From Camelus ferus (taxonomy: Eukaryota), in NCBI RefSeq assembly GCF_009834535.1, contig NC_045697.1, positions 65,970,001 to 66,034,000 of the forward strand: DNA of 64,000 nucleotides, read 5' to 3'. The notes under the pieces were generated by a model. That model searched no databases. It was not told where the DNA came from and worked only from the letters and a program-made list of their open reading frames with translations. Below are positions 12,772-25,810 of this stretch, piece after piece (the stretch's first letter is position 1; every line of letters starts with the position of its first letter). A program made the position numbers and the translations under genes.

Positions 12772-14547
12772 CAATGGACTACTACTTAGCCATAAAAGGA
12801 TAAAATCTTGCCATTTGTGACAAAATGGATGGGCCTTGAGGGCATTATGCTAACTGAATTAAGTCAGATGGAGAAAGACAAATACCATATGATTTTACTC
12901 ATATGTGAAATATACAAAATAATAACAATAGATGAACAAACAAAACAAAAACACACAGATACAGAGAGCAGATTAGTGGTTATCAGAGAGGAAGGTGTAT
13001 GAAGGAGCGTGAAATGGGTAAAGGGGGTCAACTGTATGATGTCAGATGGAAACTAAACTATAGGTGGTGAGCACAGTGTGGTGTATACAGAAGTCAAAAT
13101 ACAATGTTGCACACACAAAACTTACATAATGTTATAAATCAATGTGACCTCAATTAAAAAAAAATGAAAAAGAATAGGCATTTCAGCAGAATCTCCAGCT
13201 ACACAGCAGACAGGCATATTCTATGTGTCCACCAAAATTTACAGAATGATTCAAATTCTCCCTGGCATCAAGGAGAATAAAGTCTTACAGGAAATACAAG
13301 TTTATCCACTTGAACTCCTGGATTTTGTGTGAGAAAATACATTAAATGCTCCATGAACATTATATGGATTATATGTTATACATATGAGCATTATTACTAA
13401 AAAGCAATGTGGCACTTCTGGCAGAATAACACATTCGAGATATAAATGTTTTTTGGCCCCTGACTTTTATTCCCCTTTTCCTTTCCCTCATCCAGGTTGA
13501 TGGTCTGCTCTTAATTCACTGTGCTCTCAATACTCTTCAGTTCCTGAAGAAAGCCACAATGGAAAGAGAGCCACGATGGAAAAGTTATTTATCAATCTTA
13601 CTGCTATAGTTTCCTAAAGCCAAACCCCTTGAGACAATGCAAGATGCCTCCAAAACAAAAGTCATGATGAAATTAGAAGCCCTTCTCCCAGGACTTAAGA
13701 AAAAAAGATTCCAGTATGGGAAGATGAAACATCAAGAGAATAGTATGAGAGAGATGTTGTGGGTGGTGGAAAAAAGCGCCCTGCACTCTGTCCCTGCAGA
13801 GTCAGAAAAGAAATGCTGCACGGCGCATTTAAGAAGACAGGCCACAGATACATTCATAGATTTCCACACTTTCATGCACCTTCAAAGCACCAGAAAGATC
13901 TGCACGTGGCAAAGGATAGTGGAAAGTGATGGAGAGTGTCACCCAATTCGACAGAGGCCATGAGATGAGGAACAAGGGACATCTGAGTGTTTAGCAACCT
14001 GTATAGGACAATGAGAAGTTACCATCAACTCCACAAGTGATTTCTTGGTCAGATACACCCCATCTCAACATCTTGGACCATGTGATCCCATCCTCCCATC
14101 CAACTTAAACACATCCCCTGCAAGATGACAGAGAATCACAGATTGACCAAGATTAATTGCCCACAGCCCTAGAAATTAGTTTGTACAAATGAATTTGTGA
14201 ACTGAGAATCATGTTCAATGACAACCCAGACAGAAAAGTCCTAAACCTTCATACTTAGTAAGGAACCCTAAACAGTATTTACCATCTCATGGGGGAAAAA
14301 GGTTTTAGGAATTCCAGGAAACGTGTCTAGGAGCCAACATATTACTAGGAGTCAAAAAATAGATGGATTGCATTATCTGCAATAGATATAGTTTTTCCTC
14401 TGCTTGTCAAAATTTGTTACCATCTATGTCAACATTTGAGTCTTAGAAAATGACAGAGACATATCGAAACTTCAGAGTAGTGATTTTAAAAATAGTGTCT
14501 TTGTGATGTTGTTATTTTACTATTCTTCTTCATTTTCTTATCTTCCT

Positions 14548-14624
14548 TCCCAGGATAATACCAGAATGTAATTAGCACTGAACTTATCCCAGGATAATAC
14601 CAGAATGTAATTAGCACTGAACTT
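14548..14624. repeat. Perfect 38-bp tandem duplication (period 39)
   Basis: tcccaggataataccagaatgtaattagcactgaactt at 14548-14585 and 14587-14624. Confidence 0.95.
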
Positions 14625-15871
14625 TAATACCCAAATTGGGCATTAAAATCAGATCAAGTTTTTCTTTTAAGGGCAGTGATCCATATTCTTTATTAAGGTA
14701 TATAGTTAAGTGTTATATAAAAGAATACAATCCATTTAATCCTTCCATTTTTAAAGGCTTTTATGTGATTTTATTCATCACAAAATGCCACTGGCATTTA
14801 GTTTTTCCTTCTAGGGAGCAAAAAGTTTTCCACTCTAATTTTTCAGCTAAATATTATCGTCTCCTTGCTGATTGGAGGACTAAAAATATAGCTACTGCTA
14901 GGGCTCTCTGACATTCACGTAGACATCTTGGGAACACTGATGGAACTGATAACAGGCCATTTTATAGGGCCTTAAAAGCTAGTCAAGAAACAAACAAGGT
15001 CCATTAGAGTTTCTGTCATGCATATGACAGGGAAAAATATACCACCATAAGATCCACTCAATTGTCCTGCTGTGACAGCAGTAGCTATTGTGTGTGAGAG
15101 GTTTGGGGAAGGTGGCTCCACCTTGGTATTTATGCTCTGCTGGCTAGTGGGAGTTTCAGGTAAGGCATCCTAACAGAAGGGGCTTTGTGATAGGCTATCA
15201 GTGACAAACAAGAACGACAACGTGCAGCCCAGTGGTTTGACAAGAAGGAGAAACTCAACAAAAGGAGAATGACCTGCTAGCAGTTTCCCGTTTCAGTCTA
15301 ACATTTACTTCCTCACACAAAGCTTAGCTTGGTGTGTTGGTGTCCAAATCACATTTGAACCTTGTACAGAGTGATGAGAGTTGAGCTGAGATATTTTAAG
15401 TGGATTTCTTTTCTTTGTACCCTGTTTTGAACTGCTTTTCAACCTACAGATGTTTGGCAAAGCTGTCCAAACTAAGAAGCTGAAAGAGAAACATGGAAAA
15501 AGTACGTTCCCAGATTAATGTTTTATTTTTATATCTCATATGTGCATGTGTGTATTTAATATATCCTATAGACCAGCCTTCGATGTATACATAATAATCT
15601 AATAGATAAGCTTCTTTTTTTCTTATGAAAAAGACAGTAATTTCATCAAGATCTATATATAAACTCTTCAATAAATATTTATTGAGTGCCTACTACTCAA
15701 TATTATACTGTATCTTTACAAGACTGACAGATGCACAGTAACCAATACATGGTATGATAACTTGCCTTCTGTAGGAACACTGAGACATGTAGTCAAATAA
15801 TTACAAAGTACGATACACTCTCATCAGTATCACAGTCCCTATCAAGGTGCTTCCAAGCTTTTCCCATATTT

Positions 15872-16021
15872 TTTTTTAAAGATTTTCTTGGGGAGTGGTC
15901 ATTAGGTCTCCTTATTTATTTATTGTTAGTTCTTTTTTTTTTTTAATGGAGGGACTGGGGATTGAACCCAGGACCTTGTGCATGCTAAGCACACACTCTA
16001 CCACGGAGCGATACCCTCCCC
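15872..16021 (-). mobile_element. tRNA-derived camelid SINE (Vic-like)
   Basis: ggggattgaacccaggaccttgtgcatgctaagc..ctctaccacggagc is the reverse complement of the SINE head; TSD tcccatattt 15862-15871 / 16022-16031. Confidence 0.9.
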
Positions 16022-16369
16022 TCCCATATTTCTTAACTTAACAATTCTACCTTCTCATCTTCTCACTTCTGACACATGACACCATCTATTACCTGAGAAA
16101 ACCCACATGAGAAAAGTCACTTCACCTGTTATCATATAGAATTTATTTTTTTAAAGATAATGTATCAGAGAAGCAGTGTAGGTGCCTGTTCAAACAGAAC
16201 CTAACGGAATCTAATGGAAAATAGAGCTAGTCCTCAAACGTAAAAGTTAAAACTCGAATTCAGTGCTATACCAACATGTGATCTTTTTTTTGTCTTCCTC
16301 CTAATTTTCTCCCATCACTTATTCCAACTTTTGTTTCATTTTTATATTCTCTTGAAAGGGAAAATAAGG

Positions 16370-16570
16370 AAAATGAGCACGTTTTAGCCATACTTCTTAT
16401 GCCAGGCCCTGTGCTAGCATTTTAGATAGTGTGTCTCATTGAATCCTCATCATACCCCTCTGAGGTCAGTAGTGTGACCTTCACACAGATAGGAACGCTG
16501 AGGCTCAGCAAAGATCTCACAGCTAGATGGGATTCAAACACACATCTGCCTGAATAGAAAGTTCTTTATG
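16370..16570 (-). mobile_element. MIR SINE
   Basis: tatgccaggccctgtgctag..ctcattgaatcctca..cagataggaacgctgaggctcag..ggattcaaac. Confidence 0.8.
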
Positions 16571-16794
16571 CAGCCCTCTGACACTCTTCGCCAGCCCAGC
16601 TCCTTCCACTGTACCTAGGACAGGAAAGGAGTCAGGAAGGATGTTAGCTGCTTATGAATTACATCAAGTATTTCACACCTTTATTATTGACACATGTTCA
16701 AGAATTCTTGTTTTTAAAAAAGCAGTCCTTAAAAAGTAGTCCAATCTACTATTCTATATCGCTCCTTGCTTTCACTGCCAAATTTCATTTTCAA

Positions 16795-17310
16795 ATAATA
16801 TAGACATTTTAAAGCCAGTTTTAGATTTAGAGAATCATTGAGCAGATAATGCATAACATTCCATATAGTAACTCCCCACTAACCCTACACACAGTTTCCT
16901 CTATTACTAACATTTTGCTTTAGTATGGTTGATCTGTTAAAACTGATAAACCAGTATTGATACATTACTAACTAGAGTCCATGGTTTACATTAGTGTCAC
17001 TCTTGGCGGTGCTGTACAGCATGATAGGTTTTAACAAACGAATAATGACATGTATTCATCATTATCGTACCATATAGAATAGATTCACCACCCTAAAATC
17101 TCCCGTGCTCTGCCTACTCATCCTGAGCCCCTAGCAACCACAGATCTTTTCACTGTCCCTGTAATTTTGTCTTTTCCAAAATGTCATATAGTTGGAATCA
17201 TACCATATGTAGCCTTTTCAGACTGGTTTCTTCCACTAAGCAATATGCATTTAAGGTTCCACCTTAGGAATCTTAGGAAAAACCTTTTCATGACTTGATA
17301 GCTCTTTTTT
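16795..17310 (-). mobile_element. L1MC1/2-like 3' end
   Basis: cagttttagattt..acagtttcctctattactaacat..gtccatggtttacattag..catatagttggaatcata..gccttttcagactgg. Confidence 0.8.
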
Positions 17311-17339
17311 AAAAATTGCTCCAAATACAATTTTTTTCA

Positions 17340-17700
17340 ACACAAAATGGTAGAACCTACAATATGTCAGGCCCCATGATGAGTACTGAGGATGGGACAT
17401 AGCTCCTACTCCCAAGGATCTTACTGCCTAGTGTTAGGAGAAAGGTATTTAAGCACAAAAAGTAATAACATTTTATAGGTATTATAATAGAACTCTGTAG
17501 GGGTACAAAAGAAGGGCAAAGTGGGGAGAATTCAAATTTACTCCTGGTATAGAGAGTCAGGAATGGCTCCCTACAGCATTTGGTGTTTGCACTGAGGGAT
17601 CAGTGAGAGTCGGGGCAGAGCACCAGGAAAGGTTTTAGGTGGCCAGCAGGACATGCTTTGAGAGGTGAGAAGCCCAGACAGAAGCTGGTAGACCTAGGCG
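17340..17700 (-). mobile_element. L2 fragment
   Basis: acctacaatatgtcaggccc..ctcccaaggatcttactgcctagt pattern. Confidence 0.55.
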
Positions 17701-17759
17701 TGAACAAGCTAACCTCTCAGGTCCCACCTTAGAGCCTGTGTTCTCTCTCACCTCCTTCG

Positions 17760-18025
17760 TGTCTCTTCTCAAATGTTACCTTATCACAGGCCTCCCCAGA
17801 ACATCCTGGAGAAAGGGAGCATCTCCTTCCCACCTCACACTCTTTTCTCCTTACCCTCCTTCTTTTTCTCCATAGCAATTCTCAGCTGTAATGTGTTAAA
17901 TATGTATTTGTATGTGTATGGTCTGCCTTCCCCCACCAGAGCGTGTGGCCCTGGGAGCAGACACTTCAGCTTTGTTCACGTTTGGCCCACAGTAGGCCTG
18001 CAATAAGCATCTGCTGAGTGAATTA
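17760..18025 (+). mobile_element. L2 3' end
   Basis: tttttctccatagca..gtctgccttccccc..gggagcagacac..tttgttcac..caataagcatctgctgagtgaat. Confidence 0.7.
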
Positions 18026-18769
18026 ATATGCTTATAGAGAAAAAATGCTATAAAAGAATGTATTAACTCTTACTGGTAAACAAGGGAACATTTTAACCCG
18101 GATTTACATATTTCCCACAACAGCTATTAAATCCACAATACTTTAATTCCCCAAATTCTTATATTGTTTTATTTCTCTACATTATATTGAGAGGGAGAAA
18201 AAGAAATCTCAAGAGCTTTCCAAAATGTCAGACAACTTTATTGACCTTCCCACACCGTAATTTTGACAAAACTTTTTTCCTAATACTAATTCAAGGCCTG
18301 CTCTAATAAATACTCCTTTCTACAACAGAGCCTGGCACTTATTCAAAATGAGGATGTGTTAAGTTACTTGAACAATTACCCTAGAGAGCAGCTGAAGATT
18401 GGCACCCAAAATATATTTTATATACAGCACATCTTATGACCTTCAGAGCTCAAAACTTTTAAATTCTCTTTTGTGGTTAGGCCCTGGGGGCTATAATTGG
18501 TATATTTTCTGGGAGTGTTGTCTTGGAGGAGGGGGTGTGAAGCAGCAGCATGCTTTGAGCACTGCTGTGTGCAACATGCTTCAGATTGTCCTGCTCCCAG
18601 ACATGCCTGAAGCCTGAGAACTGATTCAATGATGAAAATGAGAGGGAGGAGATGATTCTGCTGTGTGGCCACAATGACTGTTTCAGTTTTAGACAGAGTT
18701 GCCCAGGGTATTCCTTCCCCAGGTAGCATTCTATGAAAAGCACTGGTTTTCTTAATCCCTTGTCTTCTC

Positions 18770-21037
18770 AGTTCTTAGATCTTTTCTCCAATCTTTTTCT
18801 CTAGCCAACTGCATTCATCCACATCCAATGCCATAACACTGGACCTTGATATCACTAATAAATATACCAGAGCAAAAATAATCTCAATGTCAAGCTCCCA
18901 ACTTTTTGACATGCATCCCTTCCCTGCTCTCTCCCTTCCCCACCTCCAGTGCCAGCAACGATTCAGTTGAGTGAAGAGAGGTGAAGGGTTTTCCATTTCC
19001 ATCATTTCACATCCTCGTTTCTTACCTCTCCCAGTCTAGATGCCATGGATGATTATTACAATCAACTTGCCTTTAACTCTTTTGTCCCTCTCTCCCTCTT
19101 TCCCACTTAATTATACCCCAACTCTGATTAAACTCAACTGTCCACTTTCTCTGCACCTCTGCCCCAGAAGCTGAATGTTGCTGGAGAAAATCAACAACAT
19201 GTAGATAGATCTTTCTCTCAATTTATGATCAACAATCTTAGAAGAGCACTCACAAGCGCCCAGGAATCCTACTGCATTTCTCATTATTTGAAACAAGTTT
19301 CAGATCTCCTTTTTCTTCAGACCTTCAAAACCCCCTCCCCTCTACAGCCCATGAACCCACTTCTTTCTTCCCTGAGAAAAGAGTAGCAATCAGATGGGAA
19401 CTCCTTCAACTTCCTACCGCCAACTTTATTAACTTATCTGCATCTACACTCTCACTCTCTGCCTTCCTCTTACTACAATGGAAAAAAATTTCCCAGTGTC
19501 TAAAAATGTAAACCCCTCCCTTTATTTTCTGGATTTCATCTCCTCTTCCCATGTTCAAGAAATTCAAGCCTGCAATTATCGTGTGACTCTCCATGTATCA
19601 TTAGACCCTCTCTGTCTACTAGAGCATTCCTATAAACATACATATACAAACTCTCCATTAAAAAAAAAGTACTCCTTTGATTTCATGTTATATTTCAGTC
19701 ATTATCTCATTTTTCTGACCCCTTCACAGCAACAAATATCAAGAGATGCCTAGATTTACTAACTTTCTTCTACCATCTCACTTTTTATCCTCGGCCCACC
19801 CCAGTCATGTTTATCTCCCCTCAAACCACTGAAATTGTACTTGTCAAGGTCAAAATAATGCCCAGGATGTAAAATTAATGGTCATTTCTCTGCCCTTATC
19901 TGACTCGAACTTGCAGCAATTTCCTTTCTTCTTGTAACACTTCATTCTCTTTAATTCCATGTTAGAGCATTGTCCATGTTTTTCTCCCATCGAAATGGAC
20001 TCTCTTTTCAGCCTTTTTCTGTCTCAGTGCTGAGCCTCTTTCACTTCTTCATCTAGACTCTCTGCTGAGATCTCATTCAGTCCCGTAACTTTATTATCTG
20101 TGTGCTGTTGACTTTCCATTTTGAATCTTCAGTTTTGAGCCCCACCACTGAGTTCCTAATCTTGTTTCTCTCCTTTGCTTTTCAAATAAAGAATAAAGCA
20201 AATAAGGAGCATCACTTTCCAACCATTTATTCAAGCAAAATTCGTAGAAGACATCCTTGACTCTTATTGATCTCTTACACCACCTACCTCACCTACACAC
20301 ATACTTCCTAAACAAGCATCAAGTCTGTCCAACTATATCTCACAAATATCCCTTTTATCTGTCCACTTCTCTTCAGTTCTGCTGCTACTACTCTTGTTCA
20401 TGCCACTGCCATCTTTTGCTAATAGCACTGCAGTAGCCTCTAACCACTCTTCTTGCTTCCTTTTTAGAGCTTCCAAAATCTATTCTCCACACAGCAATCC
20501 AAGTGAACTTTCTACAGAGTAAATAGTGTAACTTTAAGTCCCTTAAAACTCACCAATGGTTTCCTTTCCACTTGGAATCAATTGCAAACATTTTGTTTGT
20601 TTTGCCTAAATGGCCTTTTATCCTAGTCTGTCTCTCCAACCTCAGCACATCCTGCTCTTCCTATTCCTCATTATGACCCAGCTACACATGCTGGCCTTTT
20701 TTGTTTCCCAAACTCCCTCCCAACTCAAAGCCTTTGAAATTGCTTTTCTTTCTATCTAGTATGCTCTTTGTTAAGAAATGTCATTGCTAAATACGTTATC
20801 CAGCATGAATTTTCCCTCCAGTTACTATTACCAAGTGACTATGTTTTATTTTTCTCATACCATGTATTATCTAAAATTATATTATAGCTTTAATTTGCTA
20901 TCTGTTTTCCTCCCTCTAGAGTATAAACTTTACGACAACATGGATCTTGAACACTGTCTCATTCACTCTTCTATTCAACTAATGTAAAACAGATATCCTA
21001 TCCAAAAAAGGTGACTAGAATTATTTGTTGAATGAAT
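18770..21037 (+). mobile_element. Long L2 (L2a-like) remnant
   Basis: pyrimidine-rich L2 body with acactggaccttgatatcact (TLDL.I), ccactgaaattgtacttgtcaaggtc (TET.L.KV) and terminal tttgttgaatgaat. Confidence 0.8.
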
Positions 21038-22379
21038 ATTGGAGCTCAGTTGTTATTGCTAAATAATACATACTATTAAATATCAAGATTATTAGACCAT
21101 TTTGCTCTTTTTACCTTGGAATTAATGCTTGAAATCCAGTATTTGGATTGCGACATTGTACTTCAGGATTCCCAAGAAAGTTCACTGCAACAAAAACAAA
21201 CATCAGTGCAAATTATTTTTACATTAAAATAAATATAAACACCATCATTTTACACATATTAAAAAAGTAATTGTGTATGCAGATAACCTACAAAATGATA
21301 AAAGTTAATCAATAAGCCTCAGGACTCGATAATTTTTCTATTATCTTTATCTCAACTACTATAGATTCTCCAGAGCTACAGCAGTTTGCAGATAGACTCT
21401 AAAATTATAAAAATACTAGAGTTTTAACAAGAAATAAACCCCAAGAGTCATAATGCTTCTGCCAACATGATGCTGAAACCAAAGCAAAATGCTTCGAAGT
21501 CACCATTTTGCCTAGAGTAGCCTATATCAAGTTAACTTCAAAAATATTTTAATCTTACTGTTTTAGCCCATGTATTTTCTATATACTCCACTGACTGCAA
21601 GACCACTTTAATATTCTTTGTATCTAATAGTAAGAAATATGGTGAAGAATTAGTATAACATTGTAATAATCCAAATACTGGAAATAGGAAAAACTGAGGA
21701 AAATCCAAAAGAATTGCTAAGAAATCACTACAAGCTATTATCACATTTTAAATACTATATTCTAGAGAATAATAATAAACACAAAATTAGAAAAATAATG
21801 ACAATCTGTACACAATAAAAATTTGATCTACAGATTTAACTTAAAAAATTAAATTTCATAGCAAATTATTGAATGGAGATATAAAGTTTATTAAAGTTAT
21901 TGAAATTGATATCAATTGTGATGGATCACAACATTATGAATGTACCAAATGTCACTAAATGGTACCTTTAAAATACTGCTTAAAATGGCAAATTTTACCA
22001 CAATTTTTTAAAGGTACTGTACCGTACAAAACTAAGTAACTAGTATAAAAGCATACCAAAAATTTTAAATCATACAGAAATACTTAGATTAACTAGTCCT
22101 TTCTTCCAAGTTCATTCTTAACAAACATGGTAAAAAATATTATATCAGAACTTAAAAAGAAAAAAAAACCTTCTTTGTAAAATACACATGATAAAGACTT
22201 ATATTAGAGGAATTATTTCAGTATAATAAATGTTAAATGTAACATAGAGAACACAATTTAACTTCTCTGTTAAAAAATGATAAAAAGGATTAGTTTGACT
22301 TACTTGAGTTTACTTTAGAAAATACACTGCAAATTTATGTCTTTGTTTTTGATTAAAGGCAAAGTCAAAACAAAGAGAT

Positions 22380-22920
22380 CAAATAGTTTTATACTCAAAT
22401 ATAACTGTTCTTCAAGCAAGAACCAGAAAAACTTTCAATTTCTGGTCCAAGGAGATGAAAAGGGGATCTCTGCTGGTTGAGGGAGAGGGAAAAATATCCT
22501 GGTATTTTTTTTCCCATTCCTCCCTTAGCCATGGGGGCAGACAAAGGTTATGAGGAGTGTGCAGTAGAGTATGTAACTAAAACTCAGTGTTCTAGCAAGA
22601 TGACCAAGAAACGGAAACTCTAGGAATCAGATGTATTGGGGAGATTGAGAATTAAAAAGAGCTCAAGAAAGTAATCTAATAGATTTGTGCATGACCTCCT
22701 AGACTTGATCTTGAGCTGCACACGTATGGATCTGACCCTAAACAGAATCCCAAAGGCTTTGAGAAATGAACTACAGGGTAGACACTGCCTATATTTCAAC
22801 TCTTACCAAAAACAGAAGGGAGAACATTTTTCAACTGATTCAATAAGCCCAGAACAATCCTGATATGAGAACAAAACAAAGTTATTACAAGAAAAGAAGA
22901 CTGTGGAATAATTTCCTTCA
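22380..22920 (+). mobile_element. Old L1M 5'-region fragment followed by a short RT fragment
   Basis: gagctgcacacgtatggatctgaccctaaac..caaaggctttgagaa motif; aacatttttcaactgattc..acaagaaaagaagact. Confidence 0.5.
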
Positions 22921-22924
22921 TGAA

Positions 22925-24460
22925 GAAATAAAGAATAGAAAAATAATATGGAAAACAAATGAAACTAAAAGTTGGCTCTTCGATTATCTTAAGAACATTG
23001 GCAAACCTTTAACTGGATTGATCAACAAAAAGAAGAGAAGACTCAAAATCAGAAATGAAAGTAGGAACATTACTACTGAACTCACAGAAATGAAAAGGAT
23101 CGAAATTAAACACTATGAATGATTGTATTGGAATAAATTAGATAACTTAGATGAATGGATAAATTTCTAAAAATATACAAATCACCAAAACTTAATAAAA
23201 AAATAGAAAGTCTAAATAAAACGATAACAAGTAAAGAGATTGATTCCATAATCAAAAAAATTTCCAACAAAAGAAAGGCCAGGAACAAATGGCAAATTCT
23301 ATCAAACATTTGAAGAAGAATTAACATCAATCCTTCTCAGACTCATCCAAAAAATAGTAAAGGAGGGAACACTTTCTAACTCAATTGTATGAGGCCCATA
23401 TTACTCTTCCACCAAAGCCAGACAAAGACATCACAAGAAAAGAAAACTACAGATCAGTTTGCATATGGATCCAAAAATCCTCCACAAAATACTAACAAAG
23501 TGAACCCAGCAGCATATAAAAGGATTACATAGCAGGATAAGTGGTATTTAGCCCAAGAAGGCAAGGTTGGATAAACACATGAAAATCATTCAATGTAACA
23601 CATGATATTAATAAAATGAAGGAATAAAAAACATATGATTATCTCAATATATGCAGTAAAAACATTTTGCAAAACCCAACATCCTCTCATGATAAAAAAT
23701 ACACTCAACAAACTAGAAATTGAAGGGAAATTCCTTGCTACTGTATAGCATGGGGAACTCTGTAACTTGTAGTAACCTATAATTAAAAAGAATATGAAAA
23801 GGAATATATCTATGTATATGTATATGTATGACTGAGACATACTGTTACACCAGAAATTGACACAACATTGTAAACTGACTATAATTCAAATAAAAAATTT
23901 TTAAAAATAGGCAAAACACTTGAAAAGAGACTCCTTCAAAGAAGATATACAACAAGCAGAGGAACAATGCTCAACATCATTAGTTGTTAGGGACATGCTA
24001 ACCAAAGCCACGATTAGATACCACTTCACGCTTACTAGAATGACTAGGATAAAAGAAGCAGAAAATAACAAGTGTTGGTAAGAACCTGAAGAAATTAAAA
24101 TCCTCATACTTTGCTTGCAGGAATGTAAAATGTTTTAGGTTGCTGTGGAAAATGGTTTGGCAGTTTCTCAAAAGTTAAACCTAGAACTGCTATATGACCC
24201 AGTAATTTCAATTCTAGCTATATACTCAAGAGAAATAAAATCGTGTGTTCCCACAAAAATGTCCATAGCAGTATTATTCATAATGGCAAAAAGGTGGAAA
24301 TAATCCAAATGTTCATCAATTGAAGAACAGATAAACAAAATGTGGTACAGCCATACACAGTGAAGCTAAGTAAGGCTACATGCAATCTCTCTGTATTATT
24401 TCCTATAACTGTATGTGAATCTACAATTATATCAAAATAAAATGTTCAATTAAATAAATC
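22925..24460 (+). mobile_element. L1M (MB/MC-like) ORF2 remnant, interrupted
   Basis: NETKSWLF..IGKPLTGLINKKKRR in ORF 22865; RT-start ctaactca..tgaggcc..aagccagacaaagaca; C-terminal region 23905-24360. Confidence 0.85.
23739..23900 (+). mobile_element. Short younger cetartiodactyl L1 3' tail inside older L1
   Basis: ctactgtatagcatggggaact..acaccagaaattgacacaacattgtaaactgactataa..aataaaaa. Confidence 0.8.
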
Positions 24461-24569
24461 TTACTTCTTTATTATTTTTATATTATTATTGTATATATTT
24501 ATATATATGTTATAATATATTTATACTATATTATTATTTCTATAATAATTTAAAACTAAATTTAAAAAA

Positions 24570-25810
24570 TACCATGTATAGTGTCTCTTAAAAATACTTA
24601 AACATAAAAGTAATAAAGCACATACAGGATCTGTATGCTGCAAACTACAAAATGCTACTGAAAGAAATCAAAGGACCAAACAAATAGAGAGATGTACCTT
24701 GTTTGTGGATTGGAAGATTCAGTATACATAAAACATCAATTCAGATGTTCCCTAAATTGATCTATATGCTTAACAGAATTCTAGTCAAAATCTCATCACA
24801 ATTTTTTGTAGATACTGAAAAGCCAACTATAATTAGTACCTAGAAGAATCTAAATAATTTTCTAAAGAAGAATACAGTTAGAAGATTCACACTACCCAAT
24901 TTTAAGACTTACTATAAACCTATAGTTACCAAGATAGTGAATAAACAATAGAAAAAATAGAGATTCCAGAAAGAGAACAACATAAAATACAATCAATTGA
25001 TTTTTTACAATGATACAAAGACTATTCAATGGAGTGAGGACAGTATTTTCCACAAGTGGGTATTGAAAACATTGAATATCCATATGTAGAAAAAAAAGCC
25101 TCAACCTAAATCTTATATAAAAATTAACTTAAAATGGCTCGTAGATCTAAATATAAAACTTCAAAATTTTCAGAAGAAAACACAGGAGAAAATCTTCATG
25201 ACTGGGATTAGGTAAAGAGTTGTTACATATGCCAAAAGCATAATCTAAAAATGTATAAATTAGTGGACTTGATCAAAAGGTAAAACTTTGACTTTGTGAA
25301 AGACCCTATTAGGAGAATTAAAAGACAAGCTACAGACTGCAAAAAAATATTTGCAAATAACATATCCGACAAAGGACTTGTATCCAGAATTTATTTTAAA
25401 AAACTCAAAAACTCAAGAATGAAACACAAATAATGCTACCAACAAAAAAAGGCAAAAAACCTGTACAGACATATATACCAATAGGGGTGCACAATGATAA
25501 ATAAGTATACAACAAGATGCTCAACATCATTTGCCATTAAGGAAAGGCAAATTAAATCTACAATGAGACATCACTATACACCTATCAGAATGGCTTAACT
25601 GAGCATATCAAGTACTGACAAGGATGCTGACCAACTGAAATTCCCATACTTGCTGATGGCAAGGCAAAATGGTATAGCTGCTGTGGAAAATAGTTCGTTG
25701 GTTTCCTTAAAAACCAAATGTAAACTTATCATACGACCCAGGAATTTCGCTCCTGGACATTTATTCCAGAGAAATGAAAACACAAAAACTTGTACATAAA
25801 TATTCCCGGT
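24570..25810 (+). mobile_element. Old L1M ORF2 3' remnant
   Basis: aactacaaaatgctactgaaagaaatcaaag..tggattggaagattc..aagacttactataaa..gacaagctacagactg..tcaacatcatttgccatt. Confidence 0.85.

Larger units (their letters stand above)
10000..12915 (+). pseudogene. L1 ORF2p remnant (EN N-terminus, deleted middle, RT C-terminus to C-terminal domain), interrupted
   Basis: ITLNVNGLN-like at ~10030, IAGDFN at ~10408, EVKLS..DNMILHIE at 10511, [23 protein letters not shown] in ORF 11663-12004, MPFVTKWMGLEGIMLTE in ORF 12808. Confidence 0.9.
7737..13170 (+). mobile_element. Near-full-length degenerate LINE-1 (old, Laurasiatherian-type 3' end) with internal ORF2 deletion and two nested insertions
   Basis: GC-rich 5'UTR ~7737-8577, ORF1 remnant, long inter-ORF spacer, ORF2 remnant, 3'UTR and A-tail at ~13155-13170. 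Flanking imperfect direct repeat gaaatggcatttca (7723-7736) / gaataggcatttca (13172-13185). Confidence 0.9.

Noticed and set aside
14548..14624. CRISPR-like direct repeat of 38 bp
   Set aside because: Only two copies with a 1-nt gap, no spacers and no cas genes, in mammalian DNA.
24460..24565. Extremely AT-rich stretch (also ~58455-58555)
   Set aside because: Low-complexity decayed L1 tail or microsatellite.
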